Shown: positions 9,293 through 18,155, counted from the stretch's first letter. The stretch is 30,642 bases of DNA from Candidatus Cloacimonadota bacterium (GCA_030668345.1 DAOUUD010000001.1:1-30642), one strand, 5' to 3'. Program-made: numbers and translations. Notes: generated by a model not told the origin, from the letters alone.

Positions 9293-9326
9293 GATTTTTG
9301 GATTATATCTACTTTGCAAATCCTGA

Positions 9327-10631
9327 TTAATTGATAACTTTTAAAATTATTTTCTGACCGGCTAATTTCCGAGTGGATAATGCAAAAGACTTATTGATTA
9401 ATTTTGCTACGTTCATTCCTGTTTCATAATTATTACTGTATATTTTACCAAGCTCTTTTCCTTTTTCAATTCGGTCACCGATCTTGAATGGCAGGTATGC
9501 TCCTGTACTATAATCCAGTTTCGAATCCAGTGCTTTGCGTCCAGCTCCCAGTTCTACAAGTGCATATCCGATCTTCTGTGAATCTATTGATTTTATCCAG
9601 CCGGACGATCCTGCAATAATCGGGATCTCATATTTTGATTGAGGAAGAAGAGTAGTGTCATCGCAAACTTTTGGATCACCACCCTGGGCAGATATGAATG
9701 TTCTGAAGCATTCAAGGGCTTTACCGTTTTGTAAAACTTCCTCTACCAGGAAAGCTGCTTCTTTCCTGTTTTCTGCATTTCCGGTAAGATAAAGCATTTC
9801 CACAGCCAGGGTTTTTGTAAGCTCGTGTATATCTGGCAATCGTTTACCTTTCAGGTATTCGATACATTCCTTGATCTCCAGTGCATTGCCTATATAATTT
9901 CCCAGTGGTGAATTCATATTGGAAAATACAACCGATACTCTCTGACCGAATTTTTCTCCGGTAGCAATGAGCAATTCAGCTAATTTTTGTGCATTATCCA
10001 GGTTTTTCATGAAAGCGCCGGTTCCCACTTTCAGATCTATGACCAGGTTTTGTGCTCCTTCAGCAATTTTTTTGCTCATGATGCTGGCTGTTATCAGGGG
10101 AAGGCTTTCAACAGTGCCTGTTACATCACGCAGGGCATATATCCTTTTATCAGCAGGAACAAGCTCTTCGGACTGGCAGATTATGGAAAACCCTACATCA
10201 TCAACCATTTTCTTGAATTCAACTTCAGAGAAATCTGTTCTGAAACCCGGGATGGATTCTAGTTTATCCAGTGTTCCGCCGGTGTGTCCCAAACCTCTAC
10301 CGGAGATCATCGGAATTTTGCCACCGCAGGCAGCCACGATCGGAGCCAGAACGATGCTTATCTTATCTCCAACTCCTCCGGTGGAGTGCTTATCTACCGT
10401 TGCGTAATCAGGGAACGTAATTCTTCTTCCCGATTCAATATAGATCTGCGTTAAAGTTTGAATTTCCTCGATCTTCATTCCCTTAAAGTAGATTGCCATT
10501 AAAAGAGCCGACATCTGGTATTCTGGTATCTTGTTATCCAAATAGGAACCAACGAAAAATTTCAACTCATCTTGTGTTAAACTCTCACCGGTTTTCTTTT
10601 TATTTATCAGCTCAACAGGATTGAATTCCAT
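9327..10631 (-). CDS. pdp: Pyrimidine-nucleoside (thymidine) phosphorylase
   Basis: DKHSTGGVGDK, SGRGLGHTGGTLDKLESIPG, YALRDVT, SIMSKK. Start moved to ATG at 10631 (MEFNPV), which has a GGAG SD. Confidence 0.95.
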   Translation of the reverse strand: MEFNPVELINKKKTGESLTQDELKFFVGSYLDNKIPEYQMSALLMAIYFKGMKIEEIQTLTQIYIESGRRITFPDYATVDKHSTGGVGDKISIVLAPIVAACGGKIPMISGRGLGHTGGTLDKLESIPGFRTDFSEVEFKKMVDDVGFSIICQSEELVPADKRIYALRDVTGTVESLPLITASIMSKKIAEGAQNLVIDLKVGTGAFMKNLDNAQKLAELLIATGEKFGQRVSVVFSNMNSPLGNYIGNALEIKECIEYLKGKRLPDIHELTKTLAVEMLYLTGNAENRKEAAFLVEEVLQNGKALECFRTFISAQGGDPKVCDDTTLLPQSKYEIPIIAGSSGWIKSIDSQKIGYALVELGAGRKALDSKLDYSTGAYLPFKIGDRIEKGKELGKIYSNNYETGMNVAKLINKSFALSTRKLAGQKIILKVIN

Positions 10632-10667
10632 GCTTTCTCCATTTCTGAAATAATCTACAAATAAATA

Positions 10668-10693
10668 TGTTCCCAAGCTTGATGCCGGGAACA
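10668..10693 (-). terminator. Possible weak terminator or hairpin between the transglutaminase-like gene and pdp
   Basis: TGTTCCC / GGGAACA 7-bp stem with a 12-nt loop, followed on the minus strand by TATTTATTT. Confidence 0.35.
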
Positions 10694-10729
10694 CATTCTA
10701 AATTATCGTCTTGTAAATTTATTTTCTTC

Positions 10730-12298
10730 TTACCACCAGCGTTGTTTATTATTATCATAGATAAAGATACGTTCTTCCTCTTTGGAACCTTCTTTTACCA
10801 GCCAGAGCAAGTGTTTTTTGGGAACATTTTTATAGATAAATGGTTCTGATGTAGCGGTTTGTTTTCCCAGAGATTTCCATTCGTCATCCCAATAGAATAA
10901 CTCATAAACTTCACCTTCATCCAGGAAAACTACTTTCTTAAATTCTGTTGCCTTATCAAAGATCTTTTTAGTTACCGAGACCAGTTCTGTTTCTTCATAA
11001 TTTCCATCACCTTCCAGGAAACGGAGATCACCATTTTTCATAAGAATAAAAGGCTTGCCGGCAGGTTCTAATTCTTTGTGTACATAGAACATGGGAAGGT
11101 AAACGATGTTTACTCCCATATCTGTAAAAGTGACTTTCCCATTTTGGATCTCAGACCAGTGGATCGCTTTCCATTTTCCTGAATTAAATACACAGAGATA
11201 GGCAAAATTTGTACTGTCGGGGATTTCATAATCCAGCGTAAAAGTAACATCGTGGACATTTGTGTAGTCAGGAGTTACATCCATATAGCTTTTTCCAGCT
11301 AACCAGGCAGGAGCCTTTTCACCTTCCTGTAGTTTGAAAACCAGGTTATTTTTTTGTTCAGAGAACATTTTTCGATATGCTTTAGCAAGGCGATGACCCA
11401 ACGAATAATCACCAGGATTAGCTTCACTGCCCATGAATGGAATGATCTTCCCATCCGGCAGAACAATAGAGTTCCAGGCGTGATTGTTACCGGTATCTGC
11501 CCAGTGAGGAGTATAGTCGCTGGTTACAGGAATTCCGTTAGCACGCATGGCATAGATAGTGATATTCGTCATATCTTCACAGCGACCGATCTTGTTCTTC
11601 AGCATTTCAAAAAGCCCCTGATCTGTTGGATTCAGATAAAATAGCGGATCGAATTTAAACCAATCTTTCAGATTTGTATTAATAAGCCGGGCTGCTTCGA
11701 TGGGATCATCCGGGTTTTCCATCTGTTTTTCTATGTCTTTGAAATCTTCCAGGAAATAACCCCGCCAGGACCGCCAGGATTCAATAGGTTCATTGCTCCC
11801 GCGATAGGGAAGAATATATTCTTTAAAAACATCATAAGAATAATTTTGTGCCCAGGGTTTTTCACGCCAGGCTTCAAATGCCAATTCAATATTATCGATA
11901 AGGAAATCGGCTGAGATGGTGTTGATATCCTTCTTTCTTTCTTTAACAGCCCAATTCAGTTCACCATGTTCAACTTCAAGCTCGTTCATGGCAGATTCTG
12001 CTTCGTCATAGTTTTTATGATCGAGAACATTCCAGGGAATTTCAACTTTGTTTGAATCGTAAAGTGCCATTTCAACGAAAGAGTGATCGCTCATATTATT
12101 TAAAAGATAATACAGGGCATCAAGTTGCAGAGAATCACCTTTTGAATGAAAATATCTGATTGCAATTTTGAGTTGTTTTTTATTTTTTCTGGCCTCTTTC
12201 AGATTACTTTTTATCTCATCAGGATATTTGATAGCAGAACAGGAAGCCAGCATAATAACAGTTATAATCAGAAGCAGATATTTTTTAATTCTTCTCAT
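10730..12298 (-). CDS. Transglutaminase-like superfamily lipoprotein
   Basis: Lipobox MLASC after a K/R-rich, hydrophobic signal; GRCEDM (Cys) and GNNHAWN (His) motifs; start overlaps the aroDE stop (ATGA). Confidence 0.8.
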   Translation of the reverse strand: MRRIKKYLLLIITVIMLASCSAIKYPDEIKSNLKEARKNKKQLKIAIRYFHSKGDSLQLDALYYLLNNMSDHSFVEMALYDSNKVEIPWNVLDHKNYDEAESAMNELEVEHGELNWAVKERKKDINTISADFLIDNIELAFEAWREKPWAQNYSYDVFKEYILPYRGSNEPIESWRSWRGYFLEDFKDIEKQMENPDDPIEAARLINTNLKDWFKFDPLFYLNPTDQGLFEMLKNKIGRCEDMTNITIYAMRANGIPVTSDYTPHWADTGNNHAWNSIVLPDGKIIPFMGSEANPGDYSLGHRLAKAYRKMFSEQKNNLVFKLQEGEKAPAWLAGKSYMDVTPDYTNVHDVTFTLDYEIPDSTNFAYLCVFNSGKWKAIHWSEIQNGKVTFTDMGVNIVYLPMFYVHKELEPAGKPFILMKNGDLRFLEGDGNYEETELVSVTKKIFDKATEFKKVVFLDEGEVYELFYWDDEWKSLGKQTATSEPFIYKNVPKKHLLWLVKEGSKEEERIFIYDNNKQRWW

Positions 12299-13683
12299 TT
12301 TTTACCTCCCAGATAATTCAATTCGTTCAGGAACTTTTTCAGTTGTGAATCAGCCTGCCATTTCCAGAACGTTTTACCATCCACAAAATCAATTTCATTT
12401 TCAATACACTGTTTTATTAGTATAGTATTTTTTTCTTTATAGGGCAAATCAATTATTTTCTCCGGTAATTTAATTCTCAATTTAACCAGAACATCTTCAT
12501 TATTCGTTCCTAAAGGTGTACAATTAATTAAAACCACAAATTCAAGATTATCAATTTCACTTATTGAAATAAATTCTCTGGAATATTTTACGGCCAATTC
12601 CATGCCTTTGTGTTCATTCCTGGAAGTAATGAAAATATTGTAACCGGATAAAGCAATTAAAGCGCTTTCGGTAGTAGCTCCGGCTCCAAAAATCAGGATC
12701 TTGTTTTCAGGTTTTATGTTTAAATAGTGCATACATTTCAAAAATGCTTCGATGTCTGAATTAAATATTTTCTTACTTCTTGGCAGGAATAGATTTATTG
12801 GGTGATTAATTAAATCTTGTGGATCGAACAATTTTGTTATTTCTTTTTTAAAAGGCATTGTTACTGAAAAGCCAAAAAACCTGTTTTTGAAATCCGTGCT
12901 ATTGAACCAATTCATAAAATCGGAAAGATCATCAGTAAAAAATGGCAGGTAAATAGCATTAAGTTTTCTTTTTTTGAATGTAGTATTATAAAATTCCAAT
13001 CCAAGCGATTGCCATACCTGTTCGCCACCAACGATCCCTCCTAAAGCAGTTTTGTCACTGATGTCTTTCAGTTTCAGGATGGCAGCTTCTTCTTCAGTTA
13101 ATTGACCATCGGCTGTGGTGTATTGTGTCAATCCTATAAATGTGCTGTCTGCTCCTAAATGTTTGTGTAAGATTCTCCCGATTTTTCCCAACTTTCCCAG
13201 GGCAGCAAAAATAACCGGTTTATTTGATTTCCTGATTATTTTTTCTATGAAGTTAAGGTCGATGTAATTGGAAATATTAACAACAATTTTTAAATATTTT
13301 GCAGCTTTTGAATTTGAAATTTCAACTACTTTTTCTAACTTCTGAATGTCTGGTATTTCCGAAAAATCATGATATGAGAGTATCAGGTTTTGGGCGGGAA
13401 TATCCACATTGTGATATTGTGAAAGTTCATAATCGACCAGGCAATCGAATTTATTTATCACTTTCCTGTAGAATTCAGTTTTCTCTTTGCGGGGTATTTG
13501 TTTTACTCCACCTTCCGAAACATCCCGGACAGTAATTATAGTTTTTGAATTGATATATTTTTCCGGTAATTTTTTATATTCGGAATTATAATCGAGCCGG
13601 TATTCGATCCATTCCAGTCCGGTTCTTTTTACATGATCTTCCAGGAAAGCATTATTTAAGTAGGGAATAGATAATATCAGCAT
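12295..13683 (-). CDS. aroDE: Bifunctional type I 3-dehydroquinate dehydratase / shikimate dehydrogenase
   Basis: N-half: IEYRLD, TVRDVSEGG, SYHDF (His), LKIV (Schiff-base Lys), GQL. C-half: VTMPFKK, FNSD, GAGA, INCTPLG, DLPY, DG...QA. Confidence 0.88.
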   Translation of the reverse strand: MLILSIPYLNNAFLEDHVKRTGLEWIEYRLDYNSEYKKLPEKYINSKTIITVRDVSEGGVKQIPRKEKTEFYRKVINKFDCLVDYELSQYHNVDIPAQNLILSYHDFSEIPDIQKLEKVVEISNSKAAKYLKIVVNISNYIDLNFIEKIIRKSNKPVIFAALGKLGKIGRILHKHLGADSTFIGLTQYTTADGQLTEEEAAILKLKDISDKTALGGIVGGEQVWQSLGLEFYNTTFKKRKLNAIYLPFFTDDLSDFMNWFNSTDFKNRFFGFSVTMPFKKEITKLFDPQDLINHPINLFLPRSKKIFNSDIEAFLKCMHYLNIKPENKILIFGAGATTESALIALSGYNIFITSRNEHKGMELAVKYSREFISISEIDNLEFVVLINCTPLGTNNEDVLVKLRIKLPEKIIDLPYKEKNTILIKQCIENEIDFVDGKTFWKWQADSQLKKFLNELNYLGGKK

Positions 13684-14981
13684 TGAACTTTTTTGCTATT
13701 TTCAAGGATGATTTTCCATAGAGTTGAGACCTGTTTTTCACTAAAACCCCAGGTTCTTGCTTTTAGTTTTAGTTTTTCAAGTAATTCTTTTTCTCTGTTT
13801 TTATCTTCGATCTTCAGGTTGTTTATTTTCTTATATTCACCTATCAGTTTGGAAATTTCCTGTCTTCTAAATAGTCCAATTAAAATATCTTCATCGATCT
13901 TATCTATCGCTTCGCGGAAGTCTTTAATTTCTAAAGACGTGTTATCGATAAGTTTCTGATAGCTGATTGCATCGGCTAGAATCAGTTTGATCATTGCCTC
14001 AGCTACCGGAATAATTCTGGGAATTATGCATGTATCGTGTCTTCCTCCTGATTTGAAGATAATCTCTTTTCCTGTATGGGAAATGGTTTTTTGTTCTATA
14101 TTAATGGAAGAGGTCGGTTTAACTACAAACCTGAAAATAATATTTTGTCCCGTGCTTATCCCGCCAAGAATACCACCACTATGATTTGATATAAATCCTT
14201 CTTTTTCCATCTGGTCGTTAGCTTTGCTTCCCTGCAGGTCTGCCAGAGCAAAACCATCCCCGAATTCTATCCCTTTTACAGCTCCAATAGATAAAATGGC
14301 TTTAGCAAGATTGGCATCGAGTTTTTCAAATACAGGATCGCCCAAACCAGCTGAGATATTCTCTATTTTCACCTCTACAATTCCACCGATTGAATCCCCG
14401 GAATTTTCAATTTTTTTGAGGTATTTTACAAGTTCGTTGTAATTATTCCGGTCGGACCAGTTGAGTTCATTTTGGAATGATGTATCAATATTTGAACTTT
14501 TAAACTCACCAATTTTAACCGGATAGATTTTTATGGTTATATCTTGCAGAAGATGATCAATCATTCCGGAAGCTGCAACCCGGGCTATCGTTTCCCGCCC
14601 GGAAGCTCTTCCACCTCCCCGATAATCGTATATCTTGAATTTTTGAAATAAAGAGAAATCAGCATGTCCGGGGCGAAAGATGTTCTTTAAATTCTCATAA
14701 TCTTCAGGTTTTGCATCTTTATTGTAAACCACCATGCAGATAGGCATGCCTGTAGTCTTTCCTTCCAATACACCGGATAGAATTTGAATGCGATCTTCTT
14801 CTTTCCTGCCGGATGCAAACCTTTTATTTCCGGGTTTTCTGGCGTTCAGGGCCTTCTGGATCTTTACTAATGGAAATTTTATACCTGGCTTGATATCTTG
14901 TATAACAACACCGATAGCAATGCCATGGCTTTCCCCGAAAGTTGTAATTCCCAAATAATTATTCCAGGAATTTGATCTCAT
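13677..14981 (-). CDS. aroC: Chorismate synthase fused to a C-terminal AroQ-type chorismate mutase
   Basis: TFGESHG, RPGHAD, GGRASGRET, GGILGGIS, GRHD in residues 1-345. The last 85 aa (13934-13680) read FREAIDKIDEDIL...RRQ...IGEYKK...DKNRE...NSKKVQ. Confidence 0.93.
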   Translation of the reverse strand: MRSNSWNNYLGITTFGESHGIAIGVVIQDIKPGIKFPLVKIQKALNARKPGNKRFASGRKEEDRIQILSGVLEGKTTGMPICMVVYNKDAKPEDYENLKNIFRPGHADFSLFQKFKIYDYRGGGRASGRETIARVAASGMIDHLLQDITIKIYPVKIGEFKSSNIDTSFQNELNWSDRNNYNELVKYLKKIENSGDSIGGIVEVKIENISAGLGDPVFEKLDANLAKAILSIGAVKGIEFGDGFALADLQGSKANDQMEKEGFISNHSGGILGGISTGQNIIFRFVVKPTSSINIEQKTISHTGKEIIFKSGGRHDTCIIPRIIPVAEAMIKLILADAISYQKLIDNTSLEIKDFREAIDKIDEDILIGLFRRQEISKLIGEYKKINNLKIEDKNREKELLEKLKLKARTWGFSEKQVSTLWKIILENSKKVQC

Positions 14982-15035
14982 AATACAATTCCTTATAATA
15001 AATTTCTCAGTTGAGGTTCAATTTATTATCTCTCG

Positions 15036-15074
15036 TGTCAATCATTTTCGACTTACTTAAAAGATAAATTGACA
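15036..15074. promoter_or_regulatory. Divergent promoter region with back-to-back TTGACA hexamers
   Basis: TTGACA on the minus strand at 15041-15036 (towards aroC) and on the plus strand at 15069-15074 (towards exbB). The -10 elements are not convincing. Confidence 0.45.
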
Positions 15075-15125
15075 ACTTAAAGCAATTTATTTCTCATCGC
15101 ATCACAAGTAGGTGAAGGAGGAGTA

Positions 15126-15797
15126 ATGAATCCTGTTTTTCTTGCGGCTACAGCAGAGATCGCTAATAAGACCAATCTGCTCTCAATTGCTGCTAAAGGT
15201 GGTTTTCTGATGATCGTGCTTTTACTCATATCTTTTTTGGGATTGATCATCATCATTGAAAGGCTTTTAAAATTCCGAAATGCACAAAAGGATGAAGAAG
15301 AATTCCGCCAGGAAATTTACGGTTACCTGAACAAACAGCAATATGAGAAAGCTATTCAGGTTTGCGAAACCCGCAAAAACAGCCCATTTGCAGTAGTTCT
15401 GGGCAAAGCGGTGGAGAGTATAGATAAAAACATATCTGAACTCAAAGAAATAATTGAAGCAGCCATAAAAAAAGAGATACATCAACTGGAAAGAAATCTG
15501 GGAACAGTAGCTACTTTTGCAGCCATCGCACCCCTTATTGGTTTTCTGGGAACGGTAACCGGTATGGTAAAGGTTTTCATGAAAATTGGTGGAACAGGCG
15601 GTGGCGTGGATATCAGCTTGCTGGCTAACGGCATCTGGGAAGCATTGATCACCACAATTGGTGGTTTAACTGTAGGTATCATCATGATCTTATTTTATAA
15701 TTACCTGGTAGGAAAACTGGAAGATCTTGCTCAACAACTGGAAGAGAATTCAAATGAATTCATTTTCAGTTTCAGGAGAATCAAGGATGAAAATTAG
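15126..15797 (+). CDS. exbB: MotA/TolQ/ExbB proton channel protein
   Basis: LATFAAIAPLIGFLGTV-type TM2 (IAPLIGFLGTVTGM) and GIWEALITTIGGL TM3; AAGGAG SD. Confidence 0.92.
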   Translation: MNPVFLAATAEIANKTNLLSIAAKGGFLMIVLLLISFLGLIIIIERLLKFRNAQKDEEEFRQEIYGYLNKQQYEKAIQVCETRKNSPFAVVLGKAVESIDKNISELKEIIEAAIKKEIHQLERNLGTVATFAAIAPLIGFLGTVTGMVKVFMKIGGTGGGVDISLLANGIWEALITTIGGLTVGIIMILFYNYLVGKLEDLAQQLEENSNEFIFSFRRIKDEN

Positions 15798-16203
15798 CGT
15801 TCGGAAAAAAAGGATCTCCACTGTAACTTTAATCTCTTTTACCGATGTTATTTTTCTGCTTATTATCTTCCTGTTGATCTCATCCAATTTTATTACTCAT
15901 TCCGGGATTAAAGTTGATCTGCCCGGTTCCAGTTCTCAGCAGAATGAATTCAATAAAAATATCAGTATTACATTAACAAAAAATGAAGAGATATACATCG
16001 ACAACGAATATGTATCTTGGGAAGAGTTACCGGAAATTCTTAATCGTAAATTGATCGATGATCCGGAACAAGTGGTGGTAGTACGAGCAGATAAGGATAT
16101 TGCCTTAAAGAAAGTAGTAAAACTATTGGACCTGGCAAAACTTTCGGGAACAAATCGTTTTTTCATTGCCACCGAGATCGAATATACGGAAGAAAATGAG
16201 TGA
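15787..16203 (+). CDS. exbD: ExbD/TolR biopolymer transport protein
   Basis: SFTDVIFLLIIFLLI (conserved Asp), IKVDLP, VVRADK. Start moved to ATG at 15787. Confidence 0.92.
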   Translation: MKISVRKKRISTVTLISFTDVIFLLIIFLLISSNFITHSGIKVDLPGSSSQQNEFNKNISITLTKNEEIYIDNEYVSWEELPEILNRKLIDDPEQVVVVRADKDIALKKVVKLLDLAKLSGTNRFFIATEIEYTEENE

Positions 16204-16951
16204 AAGAAAAACAGCTTTCCTGGGTTCGGTAGTATTTCATCTTCTAATTATTCTTGCAGCCTTTCTAATACAATTGACCATCCTTCCGCAAAAGATATTC
16301 AAACGGATCGAGATCATCGAATTCGGATTTAATGAATCACCAAATAATGAAAGATTTATCTCTCCTCGTTCGCAATTATCCCGTACTTCCGAATCTTATG
16401 AAAGCGGACGAAAAAGCAATCTTATACCCAAAAAAGTGGAATTACCAAAAAGTTATACGGAGTCGGATGAACCGATTTATGTTCCTCAACATAAAGAAAC
16501 CGCTTACAACCAGGTTGACTTAAATAATAAGATCGGGCAAAAAACTTTCAAATCTGATCTTGCGGAAGATAATGTAACAACTATCTCGGAATCTGAAAAT
16601 GAAGAAGCTGTAGCAGTTGCTAACGAGGATTATCTGAAATCGCTTACAAACAGGCTCTTTGGAGAAACCGGGGCAGATTCTCCCTACATCCTGGAAGGGG
16701 AGATTACCAACCGCCGGATATTATACAAAATTATACCTCTTTATCCGGAAGATGTACAAAAAACTTCGAAAGTGAAGATAAGCTTTGAAGTGAATCCAGA
16801 CGGTTCTGTTGTAAATATGATCATAATTCAGAAAGCAGATCCAGCCCTGGAAAACAATAGCCTGGATGCATTGGAAAAATGGAAATTTAATACTATTTCG
16901 CAGGATGTTGTGCAGAAAGGTGTGATCACCTTTATCTACGAATTAAAATAA
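16196..16951 (+). CDS. tonB: TonB-family energy transducer
   Basis: N-terminal TM with SVVFH (SxxxH), polar linker, C-terminal TonB_C pattern (P.YP...KV.ISFEVNPDGSV...ALEKWKF). Start moved to ATG at 16196. Confidence 0.8.
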   Translation: MSERKTAFLGSVVFHLLIILAAFLIQLTILPQKIFKRIEIIEFGFNESPNNERFISPRSQLSRTSESYESGRKSNLIPKKVELPKSYTESDEPIYVPQHKETAYNQVDLNNKIGQKTFKSDLAEDNVTTISESENEEAVAVANEDYLKSLTNRLFGETGADSPYILEGEITNRRILYKIIPLYPEDVQKTSKVKISFEVNPDGSVVNMIIIQKADPALENNSLDALEKWKFNTISQDVVQKGVITFIYELK

Positions 16952-16952
16952 T

Positions 16953-18155
16953 ATGAATAGAGTTTTGTTAATTAACGATCTGGAAGAAGCAAAAAAAGAA
17001 CTTACAAAAATAAAAGTATCTTCGCAGGGTATAGAGGTGATGGCTCCCAAAGCTTTAGGATTATTCATCAAACTTACACAAGTTCATGTGGGGGCCGCCA
17101 ATATACTTAAACAGGAAATGTTATCCATCGGGGGAGATGCCGCTGTTGCCCGTGGTGTGGTAAATGGTGTGGAAAAAACAAGTGATATGATCCTGTTGGG
17201 GAATGCAAATAAGATAAAGAAATTAATAAATAAATTAAACCATCAGACAATATTTGGTCTTCCGGAAATCAGAACAGATCTGGAATCGATGCTGAAAAAT
17301 GTATTGGAAAAACAAATATCTATCCTGAATTGCAATGGTAAAAAATTGAAACTAGATTCTATGAAAATAATGGGAGTTTTAAATGTAACTCCAGATAGTT
17401 TCTCTGATGGTAACAAGTTCATCCGGGTTGATAAAGCGGTGGATCATGCAACCCGAATGAACGAAGAAGGAGCCGATATTATAGATATCGGCGGAGAATC
17501 TACCCGACCAGGAGCGGAAAAAGTAGACATTCCCACTGAATTGGAAAGAGTAATTCCGGTTATTGAAGAACTCAGAAAACGAATCGACATTCCGATCTCG
17601 ATCGATACAAATAAAGCTGAAGTTGCAGATAAAGCTATTCAGGCAGGGGCTTCCATTATAAATGATATAAGCGCTTTGAGGTTTGATGCCGGAATGATTG
17701 GAGTTCTTCAAGAAAATCCGGATATTCCCATTATTCTGATGCACATGCTGGGAACTCCACAAACCATGCAGAAAGAACCGTTTTATGAAGACACAATCGA
17801 AGAAATTATGGATTTTTTTCAGGAACGAATCGATCATTGTGTTTCAAATGGAATTAATAGAAGCAGAATCGTTCTGGACCCGGGAATTGGCTTTGGGAAA
17901 AGACAGAGAGATAATCTCATAATATTAAAGAAACTATACGAGTTTAAAACTTTCGGTTTGCCAGTTCAGTTGGGCGCTTCCCGTAAAAGTTTTATTGGAA
18001 AGGTCTACGATTCCAAACCGGAAGACAGGCTGGAAGGAAGCCTTGCTGCAACTGCTCTTGCTTTCCAGAATGGAATTGATATCGTACGGGTTCATGATGT
18101 TAAACAACATAAACTTTTTATGCAGACATTGCAAAGTATAAAGGATGTTAAATGA
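16953..18155 (+). CDS. folP: Dihydropteroate synthase with an N-terminal extension of about 115 aa
   Basis: MGVLNVTPDSFSDG, DIGGESTRPG, SIDT, IINDIS, DPGIGFGK, GASRKSFI, VRVHDV. Confidence 0.96.
   Translation: MNRVLLINDLEEAKKELTKIKVSSQGIEVMAPKALGLFIKLTQVHVGAANILKQEMLSIGGDAAVARGVVNGVEKTSDMILLGNANKIKKLINKLNHQTIFGLPEIRTDLESMLKNVLEKQISILNCNGKKLKLDSMKIMGVLNVTPDSFSDGNKFIRVDKAVDHATRMNEEGADIIDIGGESTRPGAEKVDIPTELERVIPVIEELRKRIDIPISIDTNKAEVADKAIQAGASIINDISALRFDAGMIGVLQENPDIPIILMHMLGTPQTMQKEPFYEDTIEEIMDFFQERIDHCVSNGINRSRIVLDPGIGFGKRQRDNLIILKKLYEFKTFGLPVQLGASRKSFIGKVYDSKPEDRLEGSLAATALAFQNGIDIVRVHDVKQHKLFMQTLQSIKDVK

Noticed and set aside
5039-9326. Short plus-strand ORFs opposite acpP, fabG, fabD, fabH, plsX and rpmF
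   Set aside because: Antisense shadows of conserved housekeeping genes. 9141-9326 overlaps the real rpmF.
9198-9326. Fur/PerR/Zur or FapR box in the rpmF leader
   Set aside because: Only partial similarity in a very AT-rich tract, and L32 here is the zinc-binding form. Kept only as the repeat observation in the findings.
9967-10407. 146-aa plus-strand ORF
   Set aside because: Codon-register mirror of pdp; the Ser/Pro/Thr-rich composition is typical of antisense frames.
10632-10694. Track N-terminal extension of pdp, and similar extensions of fabH, exbD, tonB and coaE
   Set aside because: Downstream ATGs have better SD or coupling positions and match the expected family N-termini.
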